Below are positions 1 to 9,336 of a stretch of DNA of 64,000 nt, one piece after another. The stretch is from Deltaproteobacteria bacterium. GTDB taxonomy: Bacteria; Desulfobacterota; Desulfomonilia; UBA1062. The notes beneath the pieces were generated by a model. That model made no database searches and had not been told where the DNA came from. It saw only the letters and a list, made by a program, of their open reading frames with translations. Where the stretch lies: the NCBI GenBank assembly GCA_035352355.1, contig DAOPXM010000009.1, positions 39,957 through 103,956 on the forward strand. Direction: 5' to 3'. A program made the translations under genes and the position numbers. Within the stretch, counting starts at the first letter, position 1. Each line of letters begins with the position of its first letter.

Positions 1-386
1 TTGTTCACGTTCCCATCATGATCTATGGACATGAGGAAGCGGGTCATGTTGACCGCCTCAGGGCTGAGCGAGCCGTCCGACTTGCGGGGCGCGAGATCGG
101 CCGGGGTGATGTTCGCCTTTCCCTGGGTTGAACCGAGGTCGATGTTCCCCACCGAGAACGAGATGCTTTCCCCCGGCGCATAGATGAATTCCCCCTTTTC
201 GTCGGTCACTCCGTCCCGCCAGGTATGGCTGTTGTACTCGAGTCCGGTCACCTTCCCATTGAGGAAGCTCCCGGTCGGATGATCCGGTGTTACGATGTCT
301 CCTTCACCCCCGCCGTCGCTGCAGCTCATGAGTGAAAGGATGAAAAAGACGCCAACTAGCTTTATGAACGATGTTTTGATGTGCAC
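1..386 (-). CDS. lipoprotein of unknown function (3' end runs off the window)
   Basis: Not in the ORF track. GTG start at 386..384 with AGGGGGG 5 nt upstream and an in-frame TGA just upstream. My translation is VHIKTSFIKLVGVFFILSLMSCSDGGGEGDIVTPDHPTGSFLNGKVTGLEYNSHTWRDG..., giving a signal peptide and lipobox LMSC. The frame stays open to position 1. Confidence 0.55.
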   Translation of the reverse strand, partial: MHIKTSFIKLVGVFFILSLMSCSDGGGEGDIVTPDHPTGSFLNGKVTGLEYNSHTWRDGVTDEKGEFIYAPGESISFSVGNIDLGSTQGKANITPADLAPRKSDGSLSPEAVNMTRFLMSIDHDGNVN

Positions 387-418
387 GACCACCCCCCTGA
401 TACCTTCTCAGTTACTGC

Positions 419-457
419 AAAAAAACATCCTTCTCCATATGCCCTGAATGGAGAAGG
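419..457 (-). terminator. candidate rho-independent terminator downstream of the MerR gene
   Basis: 10-bp perfect stem CCTTCTCCAT/ATGGAGAAGG (429-438 / 448-457) with a 9-nt loop. On the minus strand it is followed by a T7 run (plus-strand A-run 419-425). It lies only about 35 nt upstream of the lipoprotein start, so it could also be an attenuator. Confidence 0.45.
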
Positions 458-725
458 AAAAAGCATGTGATTCAAATATCTCGAATCCCCTGTATCGAAC
501 AGGACCGATCAATATCCGAAACCGGGGAGATTCGTCATCGAGCTGCGCTTGAATATCCTCTTTGAATCATGAAATACTTAGCAAAAACCATGCACTGCGG
601 TTGAGCTAAAGATATCAACCGATTAGCTTTTTGACCAGGGGCTACATCACGAAAGAAGGGTAAAATTTTTGCTCAAGGATGGAAGGGACTTGCACTCCGG
701 GCGGCGAGAGCGCACGCCCGGATCC

Positions 726-1418
726 CTACCTGCTCAGGCTCTTCTGGATGGTGTCCTGGATCCTCCTCTGGAATATCCTCCGGATGATGTAGGTTCTCAG
801 GAAGTCGGCCATCTTCGATATCTCGGTGGTTATCTTGATGTTCTCCTTGGTGGACTTTCCCTGGACCGCTTTTTTCCTGAGCGCCATCTCCCTGTCGACG
901 ATCGCCTCGCCGAGTTCCACATAGAAGCTCAGGCCCTTGATGTCCTGGCCGTAGTCGATGATCTTTTTCAGGACGTCACGGGCAAAGCGGACATCTTCCT
1001 GATTGTAGAGGGTCTCGTTCTTCTCGTGGATAAAGGGCATGATGAGGCTGCTCTTGAGCGCCTGGTTCAGATCGTCTTCCTTCAGACCGGTGAGCTTGAG
1101 GAATTCATGTTTGTCGATGAGGGTGGCGGGGATGTTTGCCTGGTCGCCGAAGACCGCGTCCTCGATGGCCTGCGCCTCCTCGAGGGTGAGGCCGTCGTCC
1201 ATCCTCCGCAGGATGTTCCTGATCACGGAAAGCGGGAAGTACCGCGTCTCCTGGAGGTGGCGGATTGCCTGGATCTTCTCGATGCATCCCTCGTCGTAGT
1301 AGGCCATGCTCTTGTTCACCTTCGTCGGTTCGGGGAGCAGGCCCTGCCTGACATAGTACCGGATGGTTGATGGCGGCACGCCGCTCTTGCGTGCGATCTC
1401 TCCGATCTTCAGTTCCAT
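726..1418 (-). CDS. MerR-family transcriptional regulator
   Basis: N-terminal MerR helix-turn-helix MELKIGEIARKSGVPPSTIRYYVRQGLLPEP; 230 aa. Confidence 0.9.
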   Translation of the reverse strand: MELKIGEIARKSGVPPSTIRYYVRQGLLPEPTKVNKSMAYYDEGCIEKIQAIRHLQETRYFPLSVIRNILRRMDDGLTLEEAQAIEDAVFGDQANIPATLIDKHEFLKLTGLKEDDLNQALKSSLIMPFIHEKNETLYNQEDVRFARDVLKKIIDYGQDIKGLSFYVELGEAIVDREMALRKKAVQGKSTKENIKITTEISKMADFLRTYIIRRIFQRRIQDTIQKSLSR

Positions 1419-1655
1419 CTGGCGCTCCTTTTAAGCATGAAGTAATACTATAAGGGCTCTCTATAAACCATCGCTATCCTTGTGTCAAACGCGCCAACGA
1501 TGGGATCCCTTCGCCAGGACGGGAAAAGATCGGCATGCAGGGCTGGACGTAAGGCATAGCCCCTGGTTCCTTCATCGCACCGGTACCAGGAAACCTGAAG
1601 CGCACGCTCCCCTGACGGGAGAACCGGAGGCCGCCGGGGCTCCTCCCTGGAAAAC

Positions 1656-2474
1656 CTACTTGCGGTAGTAGGACAGCGCCTCGGGCATGAGCTCCTTGAG
1701 ATTCTGGATGCGCGCCTGGTCAGCAGGGTGAGTGGAAAGGAACTCGGGCGGGGACTGCTTGTCCGCCTGGTTCATCATCCGCTCGAAGAAGGCCGGCGCC
1801 TGCCTCGGGTCGTACCCTGCCTTTGCCATGAGGATCAGGCCCAGACGGTCGGCCTCGTACTCCTGGGTCCTGCTGAAGGGGAGAACGACCCCCACCTGGC
1901 TTGCCAGCCCATAGCCTGTGTTGATGGCCTGGACAGCCGCCGGGCTCTTGTTCGCTATGGCGAGGTTCAGCCCCTGCTGGCCGAGCTGGACCAGGAGCTG
2001 CTGGCTCATCCGTTCGCCGCCGTGCCGTGCCAGGGCATGGGCTATCTCGTGGGCCATGACGAAGGCGAGGCCCGCTTCATCCTTGGTGTAAGGGAGGATC
2101 CCGGTATAGATGGCGACCTTTCCGCCCGGAAGGGCAAAGGCATTGACAGTCTTGTCGTCATCGATCACCGTGAACTGCCAGTTGTAGTCGGGCTTGTCGG
2201 CAACGGCCGCTATCCGCCTGCCGATGGTGTTCACCATGGTGTTCAGCTGCGGGTCTTTCGAAACCTTGGCCTGGTCCTTGGCGAGGACCTGCTGGTATGC
2301 CTGATTGCCCAGCTCGATCTCCTGATCCTCGGGCACGAGCAGAAGCTGTGACCTGCCGGTGATAGGCACGGTCGTGCAGCCTGAGAAGGCTGCCAGGAAA
2401 AGGAACAGTGAAAGCGCCCAGGCGGCCACCGGGTACGCACCCTTGCGAACGCTACTCTCAAACGTGAGATCCAT
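1656..2474 (-). CDS. M48-family Zn metallopeptidase, lipoprotein
   Basis: HExxH motif (MAHEIAHALARH) and signal/lipobox LAAFSGC. Start trimmed to the ATG at 2474, which has GGAGGG about 9 nt upstream; the ORF track extends to 2525. Confidence 0.85.
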   Translation of the reverse strand: MDLTFESSVRKGAYPVAAWALSLFLFLAAFSGCTTVPITGRSQLLLVPEDQEIELGNQAYQQVLAKDQAKVSKDPQLNTMVNTIGRRIAAVADKPDYNWQFTVIDDDKTVNAFALPGGKVAIYTGILPYTKDEAGLAFVMAHEIAHALARHGGERMSQQLLVQLGQQGLNLAIANKSPAAVQAINTGYGLASQVGVVLPFSRTQEYEADRLGLILMAKAGYDPRQAPAFFERMMNQADKQSPPEFLSTHPADQARIQNLKELMPEALSYYRK

Positions 2475-2626
2475 AGGTCCTATCCCTCCATGCATGTGCT
2501 TCTCTGCAGCGGCGAGCGTCCTCACCGTGCAGCCTTCTTATTCACCCTGCCGGTGATTTTGTAAAGAGGATATCGATACATCCCTATATATTAAAGATAC
2601 GAGTGAGATCCGGAAATGAGAATGCC

Positions 2627-3316
2627 CTAGGGCATGAAACGGTAACCCTTGCCCCGGATGCTGATGATGTGCTCCGGGCTCGAGGAGTCTTTCTCGATGT
2701 ATCGGCGTATGCGGGAGATGAAGGTGTCGACGGTGCGCGTCTCGATGTCCGGATCCAGGCCCCAGACGTTTTTCAGGAGCTCGGAGCGGGTCACGATGCG
2801 CCCCTGGTGGCTGGTGAGGTACTGGATGAGGTTCGCCTCGTGCGGGGTGATGCGGGACACGGTCCCGTCCCCCCGTGTGATCTCCAGGGTGCTGAAATCG
2901 AGCCTGGTATCGCCGATCCTGAGGATGTCTCCGGATCTGTACCACTCGTACCGGTCGAGCATCCGCTTGATGCGCAGCAGGAATTCCTCGAGATGGAAGG
3001 GTTTGGTGAGGTAGTCGTCCGCGCCCGCGCGGAAACCCTCGAGCTTGTCTTCTGTCTGGGATTTGGCCGTGAGGATGAGCACGGGAAGCTTCGGGTCATC
3101 CTTCCGGATGTTTCTCAGCGCCTCAATCCCGTCCATGCCCGGCAGCATGAGGTCGAGGATCACCAGGTCGATGCTGGAGTCGGCAAGCAGCGAGATCCCC
3201 CGTTCCGCGCTCGCAGCATGGAGGACCTCGTAGCCCTCGGCTTCGAGGTTGATGTGCAGGCCGAGCGCCAGCGGCTGGTCGTCCTCGATGATGAGCAGCC
3301 TCCACTTAATGCTCAT
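2627..3316 (-). CDS. OmpR-family response regulator
   Basis: Receiver domain (LLIIEDDQ...DLVILDLMLPGMDG...LTAK) plus winged-helix output (LTPHEANLIQYL...TVDTFISRIRRYIE). Start MSIKWR at 3316 forms an ATGA overlap with the kinase stop. Confidence 0.9.
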   Translation of the reverse strand: MSIKWRLLIIEDDQPLALGLHINLEAEGYEVLHAASAERGISLLADSSIDLVILDLMLPGMDGIEALRNIRKDDPKLPVLILTAKSQTEDKLEGFRAGADDYLTKPFHLEEFLLRIKRMLDRYEWYRSGDILRIGDTRLDFSTLEITRGDGTVSRITPHEANLIQYLTSHQGRIVTRSELLKNVWGLDPDIETRTVDTFISRIRRYIEKDSSSPEHIISIRGKGYRFMP

Positions 3317-4224
3317 TGCTTCAGCACCGGCAGGCGGATGAGAAAAGACGTGCCCGCAACATCCGATCCGGACGTCACCTTGATGTTCCCCCCGTGAGCC
3401 TTGATGATCATTTTCACCACATAGAGCCCTATGCCGGTCCCCGAGCCCCACATCACCCTGGCCTCGGGAAGCCTCTGAAACATCTTGAAGATGTCCCGGT
3501 ATTTTTCCCTGGGTATCCCGATGCCCGAATCCGAGAACTGAATGTATGCCCAGCCCCTTTCATGCCATGCCTCGATGGCCACTTTCGGGGCATCATTCGA
3601 ATAATGTATAGCATTTTCAGCAAGGTTGGAAAATACCAAATGCATGGCCTCGATATCGATGGAGATGGGGGCATCCCCGTGGATCTTCGTGGTGAGCGTG
3701 ACCTCCGTGAGGAGCGACTCGTGGCGCTTGAGGAAATCGCTCACGAACTGGGCAACGGTGGTCCTGGACTTCACATAGGGCTTGTGCGAGTAGCTCAGGC
3801 GCGCGCTGGCAAGGAAGTTGTCCACGAGGGACTTCAGGCGCTGGTTCTCCCCGATCATGCCGTTTAAGAGCTTGAGCTTGGTCTCTTCCGGCAGGTCCCT
3901 CTTCCTGATGGTCTCCAGGTAGAGCTGCATGGTGGCCAGCGGCGTCTTGAAGGCGTGGGTGATGGAGGAGACGAAGTGCATCTGCGTGCGCATGAGGGTG
4001 AGCTGCCGCTGGTAGAGTATAAAGAGGAAATAGATGCCGGCGAGGATGAGCAGGAGGAGCGTCGACGCCTCGATGATGACCACGATGTCCCAGGTCCCGA
4101 TGGGATTGATCCGGATGGCGTTGTACTTGATGTAGCCGATGACCCAGATGATGACGATGGAGATCCACGCGATCTGCAGTGAGATGAAGACAGTAAACGC
4201 GGGCCACCTTCTGGGATTTTTCAT
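3313..4224 (-). CDS. membrane sensor histidine kinase
   Basis: Two N-terminal hydrophobic segments, H-box FVSSITHAFKTPLATM, and N/G1/G2 boxes (NLAENAIHYS, DSGIGIP, GTGIGLYVV). Confidence 0.9.
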   Translation of the reverse strand: MKNPRRWPAFTVFISLQIAWISIVIIWVIGYIKYNAIRINPIGTWDIVVIIEASTLLLLILAGIYFLFILYQRQLTLMRTQMHFVSSITHAFKTPLATMQLYLETIRKRDLPEETKLKLLNGMIGENQRLKSLVDNFLASARLSYSHKPYVKSRTTVAQFVSDFLKRHESLLTEVTLTTKIHGDAPISIDIEAMHLVFSNLAENAIHYSNDAPKVAIEAWHERGWAYIQFSDSGIGIPREKYRDIFKMFQRLPEARVMWGSGTGIGLYVVKMIIKAHGGNIKVTSGSDVAGTSFLIRLPVLKQ

Positions 4225-4269
4225 GCATCCCGTAATAGCACCGGCTCGGGGCGAGCGCCAGCGGTTTTA

Positions 4270-4354
4270 TCGGGGTTTTGCTGATCAGGGAAACAAAGAA
4301 GCGGGATCCCGGCATGGTGTTGTGTGCCGTTCGGGGCGACAGGTGCCGGGTCAA
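4270..4354 (-). repeat. intergenic repeat family, copy A (about 30 nt downstream of the miaB stop)
   Basis: The reverse complement starts TTGACCCGGCACCTGTCGCCCCGAACGGCAC... It matches copy C at 31/36 of the first positions, and shares later blocks CATGCCGGGAxCCCGCTT and GATCAG. Confidence 0.6.
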
Positions 4355-4385
4355 TACGTGTTGTGGCCGCACCTTCCCGACCGGT

Positions 4386-5714
4386 TCAGGGTGTCGGCCC
4401 CTCGTCGACGAGCTCTCCGGTGAGGGAGTTTGGGTTCGCCTTTGTTACCCTGACCTGCCGGAAGGTGCCGATGAGGGCACGCGTGCCAGTGAAATTGACG
4501 ATGGTGTTCTGGGATGTCCTCCCGTGCACCTGGTCCGGGTTGCGCACGCTCTCGCCGTCCACGAGGACCTCGAAGGTCCCGCCCACCCGGGAGCGGTAGT
4601 TCTCGAGGGTGATCCGGCGCTGGAGCGCCTGGAGCTCCCTGAGCCTGCGGCTTTTCTCTTCGAGGGGGACGTCGTCGTCCAGGAGCGCGGCCCGGGTGCC
4701 GGGGCGCGGGGAATACTTGAAGGAGTACAGGAGGTCGAACCTCACCTCCTCGATGAGGTCCAGGGTGTCCTGGTATGCGGCTTGTGTTTCCCCGGGAAAG
4801 CCCACGATGACGTCGGCGCTGAACGCGATGTCGGGCCGGGCCGCACGGAGTCCGCGGATGAGGTTCAGGTATTCCCACCTGGTGTAGCTGCGGTTCATGA
4901 GCCTGAGCACCTCGTCGGAGCCCGACTGGAAGGGGAGGTGGATGTGGCTGCAGAGCTTCTCGAGGTGAGCGAAGCAGTCCATGAGGTCATGGCTCATGTC
5001 CTTGGGGTGGGAGGTGGTGAAGCGGATCCGCCTGATGCCATCCACCCCGCTGATCTCCCGCAGGAGGCCGGGGAAGCTCACCCCTCCCGCGTACGAATTC
5101 ACGTTCTGTCCCAGGAGGAAGACCTCGCTGACCCCCCTAAAGGCATGGACCCTCACCTCGTCGAGGATGCCCGCATGGTCCCTGCTCACCTCCCGTCCCC
5201 GTACGTAAGGCACGATGCAGTAGGAGCAGAAGTTGTCGCACCCCTGCATGATGTTGATGTAGGCCCGGTGGGGAGGGGAGACGCAGTCCTGATCGGGGAT
5301 AATGTCCATGGAAGGGATGCAGTCGCTCAGGCTGGTGTCGACCTGAGGGCCCTGGCCGGCACGCCGTTCGCCCACGATCTCCCTGATGCGGTGGAGCTGG
5401 TGGGTGCCCAGCACGACGTCCACGTGGGGCATGCGCTCGATGATGTCGGCCCCCTTCTGCTGAGCGATGCAGCCCGTGACCGCGATGATGAGCGACGGGT
5501 TCCTCCTCTTGTAGGCTTTCAGCCTCCCGATGTTGCTCAAGGCCTTCTCGTAGGCCTTCTGCCGGACCGAGCAGGTGTTGAGGATGATGAGCCCTGCCCG
5601 GCTCAGGGACTCGGTGCGTTCCCATCCGTCCCGGGCGAGGAGCGAGTACATCTTCTGCGTATCGAGGTCGTTCATCTGGCAGCCGTAGGTGAATATGTGC
5701 ACGTACCCGTTCAT
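4386..5714 (-). CDS. miaB: tRNA-i6A37 methylthiotransferase MiaB (radical SAM)
   Basis: MNGYVHIFTYGCQMNDLDTQKM (UPF0004 N-domain Cys), radical-SAM CDNFCSYCIVPYVRG, and a C-terminal TRAM-like region; 442 aa. Confidence 0.95.
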   Translation of the reverse strand: MNGYVHIFTYGCQMNDLDTQKMYSLLARDGWERTESLSRAGLIILNTCSVRQKAYEKALSNIGRLKAYKRRNPSLIIAVTGCIAQQKGADIIERMPHVDVVLGTHQLHRIREIVGERRAGQGPQVDTSLSDCIPSMDIIPDQDCVSPPHRAYINIMQGCDNFCSYCIVPYVRGREVSRDHAGILDEVRVHAFRGVSEVFLLGQNVNSYAGGVSFPGLLREISGVDGIRRIRFTTSHPKDMSHDLMDCFAHLEKLCSHIHLPFQSGSDEVLRLMNRSYTRWEYLNLIRGLRAARPDIAFSADVIVGFPGETQAAYQDTLDLIEEVRFDLLYSFKYSPRPGTRAALLDDDVPLEEKSRRLRELQALQRRITLENYRSRVGGTFEVLVDGESVRNPDQVHGRTSQNTIVNFTGTRALIGTFRQVRVTKANPNSLTGELVDEGPTP

Positions 5715-5846
5715 GGGTCATTCCCATATCCCTTCTTTCTCTCCGGAGTCAACTCCCTGTATGCAGACAGGAGAAAAAAATCTTTTTCTTAACAAGGTGA
5801 TTGCCGATAAGGTATGTAACCTCTATCGATATACGGGAGAAAAATT

Positions 5847-6299
5847 ATGGGTAAAAAAGGGTTCAGCCTTATCGAAGTCATGCTCGTCGTGGTCATCGTC
5901 GGGATCCTTGCCGCCGTCGCGATCCCATCCTACAACGGATATATCACCAGGACCAGGAGGGCCGATGCTGTAACCGCCCTCCAGACGATTGCCCTCTGCG
6001 AAGAAAAGGCCAGGGCCGAGAGCGGAGCATACAGGGATATAGCTACCCTGAGCGGGACGTACGGGCTGCGGCCGGTCCAGACCGTGGGAGGGGTCCTGTG
6101 CTTCACCCAGAGTGAATACTATCTCGTTACCGTGCCTGCTCCGACAGCCGACACCTTCGTCGCTTATGCACAGCCGAGAGGCGCACAGGCCGGGGACATC
6201 ATCCTCGCCATCAACCAGGACGGCGTGGGAGGCACCTCTGCCACAGTGGGGGGTACACTCATACCCAATCCCGAGCTGTGGAGCTCACTGAGGAAGTAG
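5847..6299 (+). CDS. type IV pilin (prepilin N-terminal cleavage/methylation domain)
   Basis: MGKKGFSLIEVMLVVVIVGILAAVAIPSY shows the G|FSLIE processing site with a hydrophobic alpha1 helix. GGGAGA RBS. Confidence 0.85.
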   Translation: MGKKGFSLIEVMLVVVIVGILAAVAIPSYNGYITRTRRADAVTALQTIALCEEKARAESGAYRDIATLSGTYGLRPVQTVGGVLCFTQSEYYLVTVPAPTADTFVAYAQPRGAQAGDIILAINQDGVGGTSATVGGTLIPNPELWSSLRK

Positions 6300-6323
6300 C
6301 ACCGGGAAGCACGACGCCTTACG

Positions 6324-6350
6324 AGCCGGAAACGTCATCCGTTTCCGGCT
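6324..6350 (+). terminator. hairpin downstream of the pilin gene (possible terminator, no U-tract)
   Basis: 11-bp perfect stem AGCCGGAAACG/CGTTTCCGGCT with a 5-nt loop, 25 nt after the stop. Confidence 0.4.
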
Positions 6351-6414
6351 TCACCGAAAAAACAAGTCCAAGAACCATTCAAGATTTCCTGAAGGATGCC
6401 CGATATCGGGGAAA

Positions 6415-6912
6415 GTGAAAACAAAAGGGCGGGTTGTATCCATATTTGCGTTCCTCCTCATGGCGGGTTGCACGACCCAGGCCACGGTCACGCCCGGAAG
6501 CCTCTGGTCCGACGACAGGCATATGACACGGCTGGAGCAGGATGTGCAGGAGTCATGTGACGCGCTGGTGAAGGGCATCGACCCGGGCAGCGTATTCATC
6601 TCCTGGGTGGACAACCTGCACCCCAACGCTCCGCTGCTTTCAGAGGCCTACATCGTGTCCATGTACGAGCGCAGCCTCATACGCCGGGGCTTTTCCATCA
6701 TCTCCGACGAGGATGGCGCCAGGTACCGGCTCATGCTCACCATGACCCCGTCCCGGAAAACCCTGCTCATCCTGGCTTCCATGAGGACCGGGGACACGGT
6801 GGTGGCCACCCGGGAGTCCCTCTTCACCCACGGCTCGGAGAACTGGAACAGGACCCTGGGCTCCTACCGGTACCGGACCAAGACCAGGATCACCCTGGGG
6901 AGCAGGCCATGA
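6415..6912 (+). CDS. lipoprotein, function unknown
   Basis: GTG start and lipobox LLMAGCTT. ATGA overlap with the next gene. Confidence 0.6.
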   Translation: MKTKGRVVSIFAFLLMAGCTTQATVTPGSLWSDDRHMTRLEQDVQESCDALVKGIDPGSVFISWVDNLHPNAPLLSEAYIVSMYERSLIRRGFSIISDEDGARYRLMLTMTPSRKTLLILASMRTGDTVVATRESLFTHGSENWNRTLGSYRYRTKTRITLGSRP

Positions 6913-7448
6913 GAGCGCTCGCTGCGATGATCCTCGCCCTTGTTCTTGCAGGCTGTACGAGCCTTGGTCTGCACCCGTACCGCACCGACGCCATCGACAC
7001 CTGCGCGGACCGGCTCGCCGAGGGCATCGCGAAGGGCCTCGAAGAGTCCCACATGGGCATGAACCTCCTCGTGAGCACACCGGTGGACGCGGTCACGTTC
7101 CATTCGAGCGATTTCGGGCTCGCCCTGCAGGAAATGATCATCAGCTCGCTGGCGCAGAGGAACGCCAACGTGGTGGATATTCAGCTCAGGAAGGAGCCGT
7201 ACGTGAACTGTGAGGACGGGCTGATCAGCCTGAGCAGGGATGCCAGCAGACTCCGCCCGGACTTCAAGGCCGACGTGATCGTGGTGAGCACGTATCTGGC
7301 CGTGCGCGACGACATCGTGGTCACGGCCCGCGCCATCGACTACACGACCAACGAGGTCATAACATCGGCAACAACGACGCTCACGAGGACCCCGAACATC
7401 GAGGGCCTTCTGAGAAACAGGGATCAGTTCAAGCTGTACGACAAATGA
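6909..7448 (+). CDS. lipoprotein, FlgO-like / TolB-N-like fold (tentative)
   Basis: Lipobox LVLAGCTS. The body (ADRLAEGIAKGL...LLVSTPVD...DFGLALQEMIISSLAQRNANVVD...LSRDASRL...VIVVSTYLAVRDDIVVTARAIDYTTNEVITSA) resembles FlgO-family lipoproteins from memory. Confidence 0.55.
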   Translation: MRALAAMILALVLAGCTSLGLHPYRTDAIDTCADRLAEGIAKGLEESHMGMNLLVSTPVDAVTFHSSDFGLALQEMIISSLAQRNANVVDIQLRKEPYVNCEDGLISLSRDASRLRPDFKADVIVVSTYLAVRDDIVVTARAIDYTTNEVITSATTTLTRTPNIEGLLRNRDQFKLYDK

Positions 7449-7480
7449 CACAGGGAGGTGGAGGTGTGGGATACCCGACA

Positions 7481-8023
7481 ATGAGGAAGAGCGCCTTCCT
7501 CGGCCTCTGTATTTTTCTGCTCGCAGGCTGCGCGCTGGTGAAGCCGGACCGCCGTTTCGACGAGGTGACCCCCATCGACTGGGGGCTCGAGAGCGCGTTC
7601 GAAAGCTCCATCGCGGTCCTGCCCTTCGAAGCACAGGATGAAAAGTGGGGCGTGTATGCCGCACGCCAGCTCCAGCAGCACCTCCTCGAGAGCAGTGCGT
7701 TCAGGCGGGTCGTCCTCTCCGATGGGGATAACGCCGATACGCAGTACGTGGTCACGGGCGACATCGAGTACATCTACTACGGCGGCACGCACTCGCCCTC
7801 GAAGGTGTGTGTGAGCGTGAAGATCACCGATACCCGTGACGGAAAGACGCGGTTCATGCGGGTCTCACGGATGTCTTCGGGCAAGGACGCGTTCCACGTG
7901 AACTGGCTGAGCAGGGTCTACGTTCCCTCGCCCTATCCCGAGGAGCTCCTGAACGCGATGCTCGCGCACATCGCCGAGGACATTTCCTTAAGGACCGTCT
8001 CAGTAGCGAAGAAGTGCCCCTGA
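7481..8023 (+). CDS. lipoprotein, function unknown
   Basis: MRKSAFLGLCIFLLAGC lipobox. Start trimmed from track position 7445 to the ATG at 7481. Its 3' end overlaps the convergent gene by 24 nt. Confidence 0.6.
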   Translation: MRKSAFLGLCIFLLAGCALVKPDRRFDEVTPIDWGLESAFESSIAVLPFEAQDEKWGVYAARQLQQHLLESSAFRRVVLSDGDNADTQYVVTGDIEYIYYGGTHSPSKVCVSVKITDTRDGKTRFMRVSRMSSGKDAFHVNWLSRVYVPSPYPEELLNAMLAHIAEDISLRTVSVAKKCP

Positions 8024-9151
8024 GTCGGTGATGAAGTACACGAGCCCCTCGGTGCTCGCCACCACCTTTTCCACCGTGTAGCCGGCGAGCGCGTCGGGGG
8101 TGCTCCAGGCTGTCCCGTTCCAGAAGTATTTCCCGCACCAGACGTTGCCCTTGGGGTCGATGTCCAGCGTACAGCTTGCCACAGCGGGCTGGGAACCCAG
8201 GGCGACGCCGTCCTTGCACACCTGGCCCCCGGTGACGTGCCAGACAGCATCCCCGGCATCGAGCGCCAGAGCGCACGAATCCCCATCGAGAATCTTGGTG
8301 GGGCTGTAATGCGGATAGGGAAGGGAGTAGATTCCCTGGTCGGTTGCCGCATGGATGGTTTGTCCGTCAGAGCTTTCAGCGAACGCGTATACTTTTTCGA
8401 AATCTTCGTCATCGTCGGTCCAGGTCCCTGTTTCACCCGTGGCATTGTAAAAGTGAAGGCCCGAATCAGAGCCCACCAGCAGGTAATAAACCTCAGACTC
8501 AGCGAGGCTCACGATCATGGCGTTGATCACGTCGTCCTCGGGTCCGGTCGTATAGGCAATGGAGGAGGTCCCGCTCCCGGACTGCTGGGAAATGGTCTTG
8601 CCCGTGGGAAGAGCTCCCCAGAGGGCATGAGCGAAGGCAAGAGGACTGTAGGCGACGTGAATGGTTCCGAAGGCCCCCACCCACCCCGTGTCCGCATCCG
8701 AGGTGGAGGTGATGTAGCGGATCTGCCCGTTCTGGAGCGATACCCAGATGCCGCCAATGATGGAGTCGTCCTGTTTCTCCATGGTGAGGGTCGACGAGGC
8801 GGGGTAGAGCACCTCCACGGTCCGGGCGCTCACCGGCAGGACAAAGGTATGGGTGTCGGTGTTGCCGTCGTCGTCGGTCACGGTGCACCTGACACGGTAG
8901 GTGCCCGGCTCGTCCGGGGCTGTCCAGTAGGCGAAGTTGTCGGTGGACGTTCCCGGGTCGAACGTTCCCCCGTCCGCGCTCCAGGAATAGGTCATGGGGA
9001 AGTGGTCGGCGACGCTGCGCACCTGGAACAGGATCTTCTGTCCCACCGTGGGGTTGTTGTCGGAGGCGGTGGCGTCCAGGATGGCCGGGTCGGATGAAGA
9101 GCAGGCGCATAAGAGCCAGAGTGCAAGACATGCGAGAATGATCTTTTTCAA
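8000..9151 (-). CDS. lipoprotein with an Ig/PKD-like N-domain and repeat-rich (propeller-like) body
   Basis: MKKIILACLALWLLCACSS lipobox. A PKD-like segment follows (YSWSADGGTFDP...GTYRVRCTVTDDDGNTDTHTF); 383 aa. Confidence 0.7.
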   Translation of the reverse strand: MKKIILACLALWLLCACSSSDPAILDATASDNNPTVGQKILFQVRSVADHFPMTYSWSADGGTFDPGTSTDNFAYWTAPDEPGTYRVRCTVTDDDGNTDTHTFVLPVSARTVEVLYPASSTLTMEKQDDSIIGGIWVSLQNGQIRYITSTSDADTGWVGAFGTIHVAYSPLAFAHALWGALPTGKTISQQSGSGTSSIAYTTGPEDDVINAMIVSLAESEVYYLLVGSDSGLHFYNATGETGTWTDDDEDFEKVYAFAESSDGQTIHAATDQGIYSLPYPHYSPTKILDGDSCALALDAGDAVWHVTGGQVCKDGVALGSQPAVASCTLDIDPKGNVWCGKYFWNGTAWSTPDALAGYTVEKVVASTEGLVYFITDSGALLRY

Positions 9152-9336
9152 ATGCCCCTCCGAACAGTTGTCAGCTTTTTCCTAGCAGATCACCGCAAAA
9201 CAGGCAAGCACGCTTTGCCGTGCCCCTGTGCTTAAAGCCTGACGGTCCCGATCCATACTCATTGCGATTTTTTTCCCATGCTGATATTAACTTACCGAAG
9301 GACCGTGGCACAACTCATCATGCAGAGGTGAAGCTG

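Noticed and set aside
1480-1600. Possible fifth copy of the intergenic repeat family (shares CGGCATGCAG and GGGATCCC).
   Set aside because: Only two short blocks match and they occur in a different order and spacing. There is no TTGACCCGGCACCTG block, so it is probably a chance similarity.
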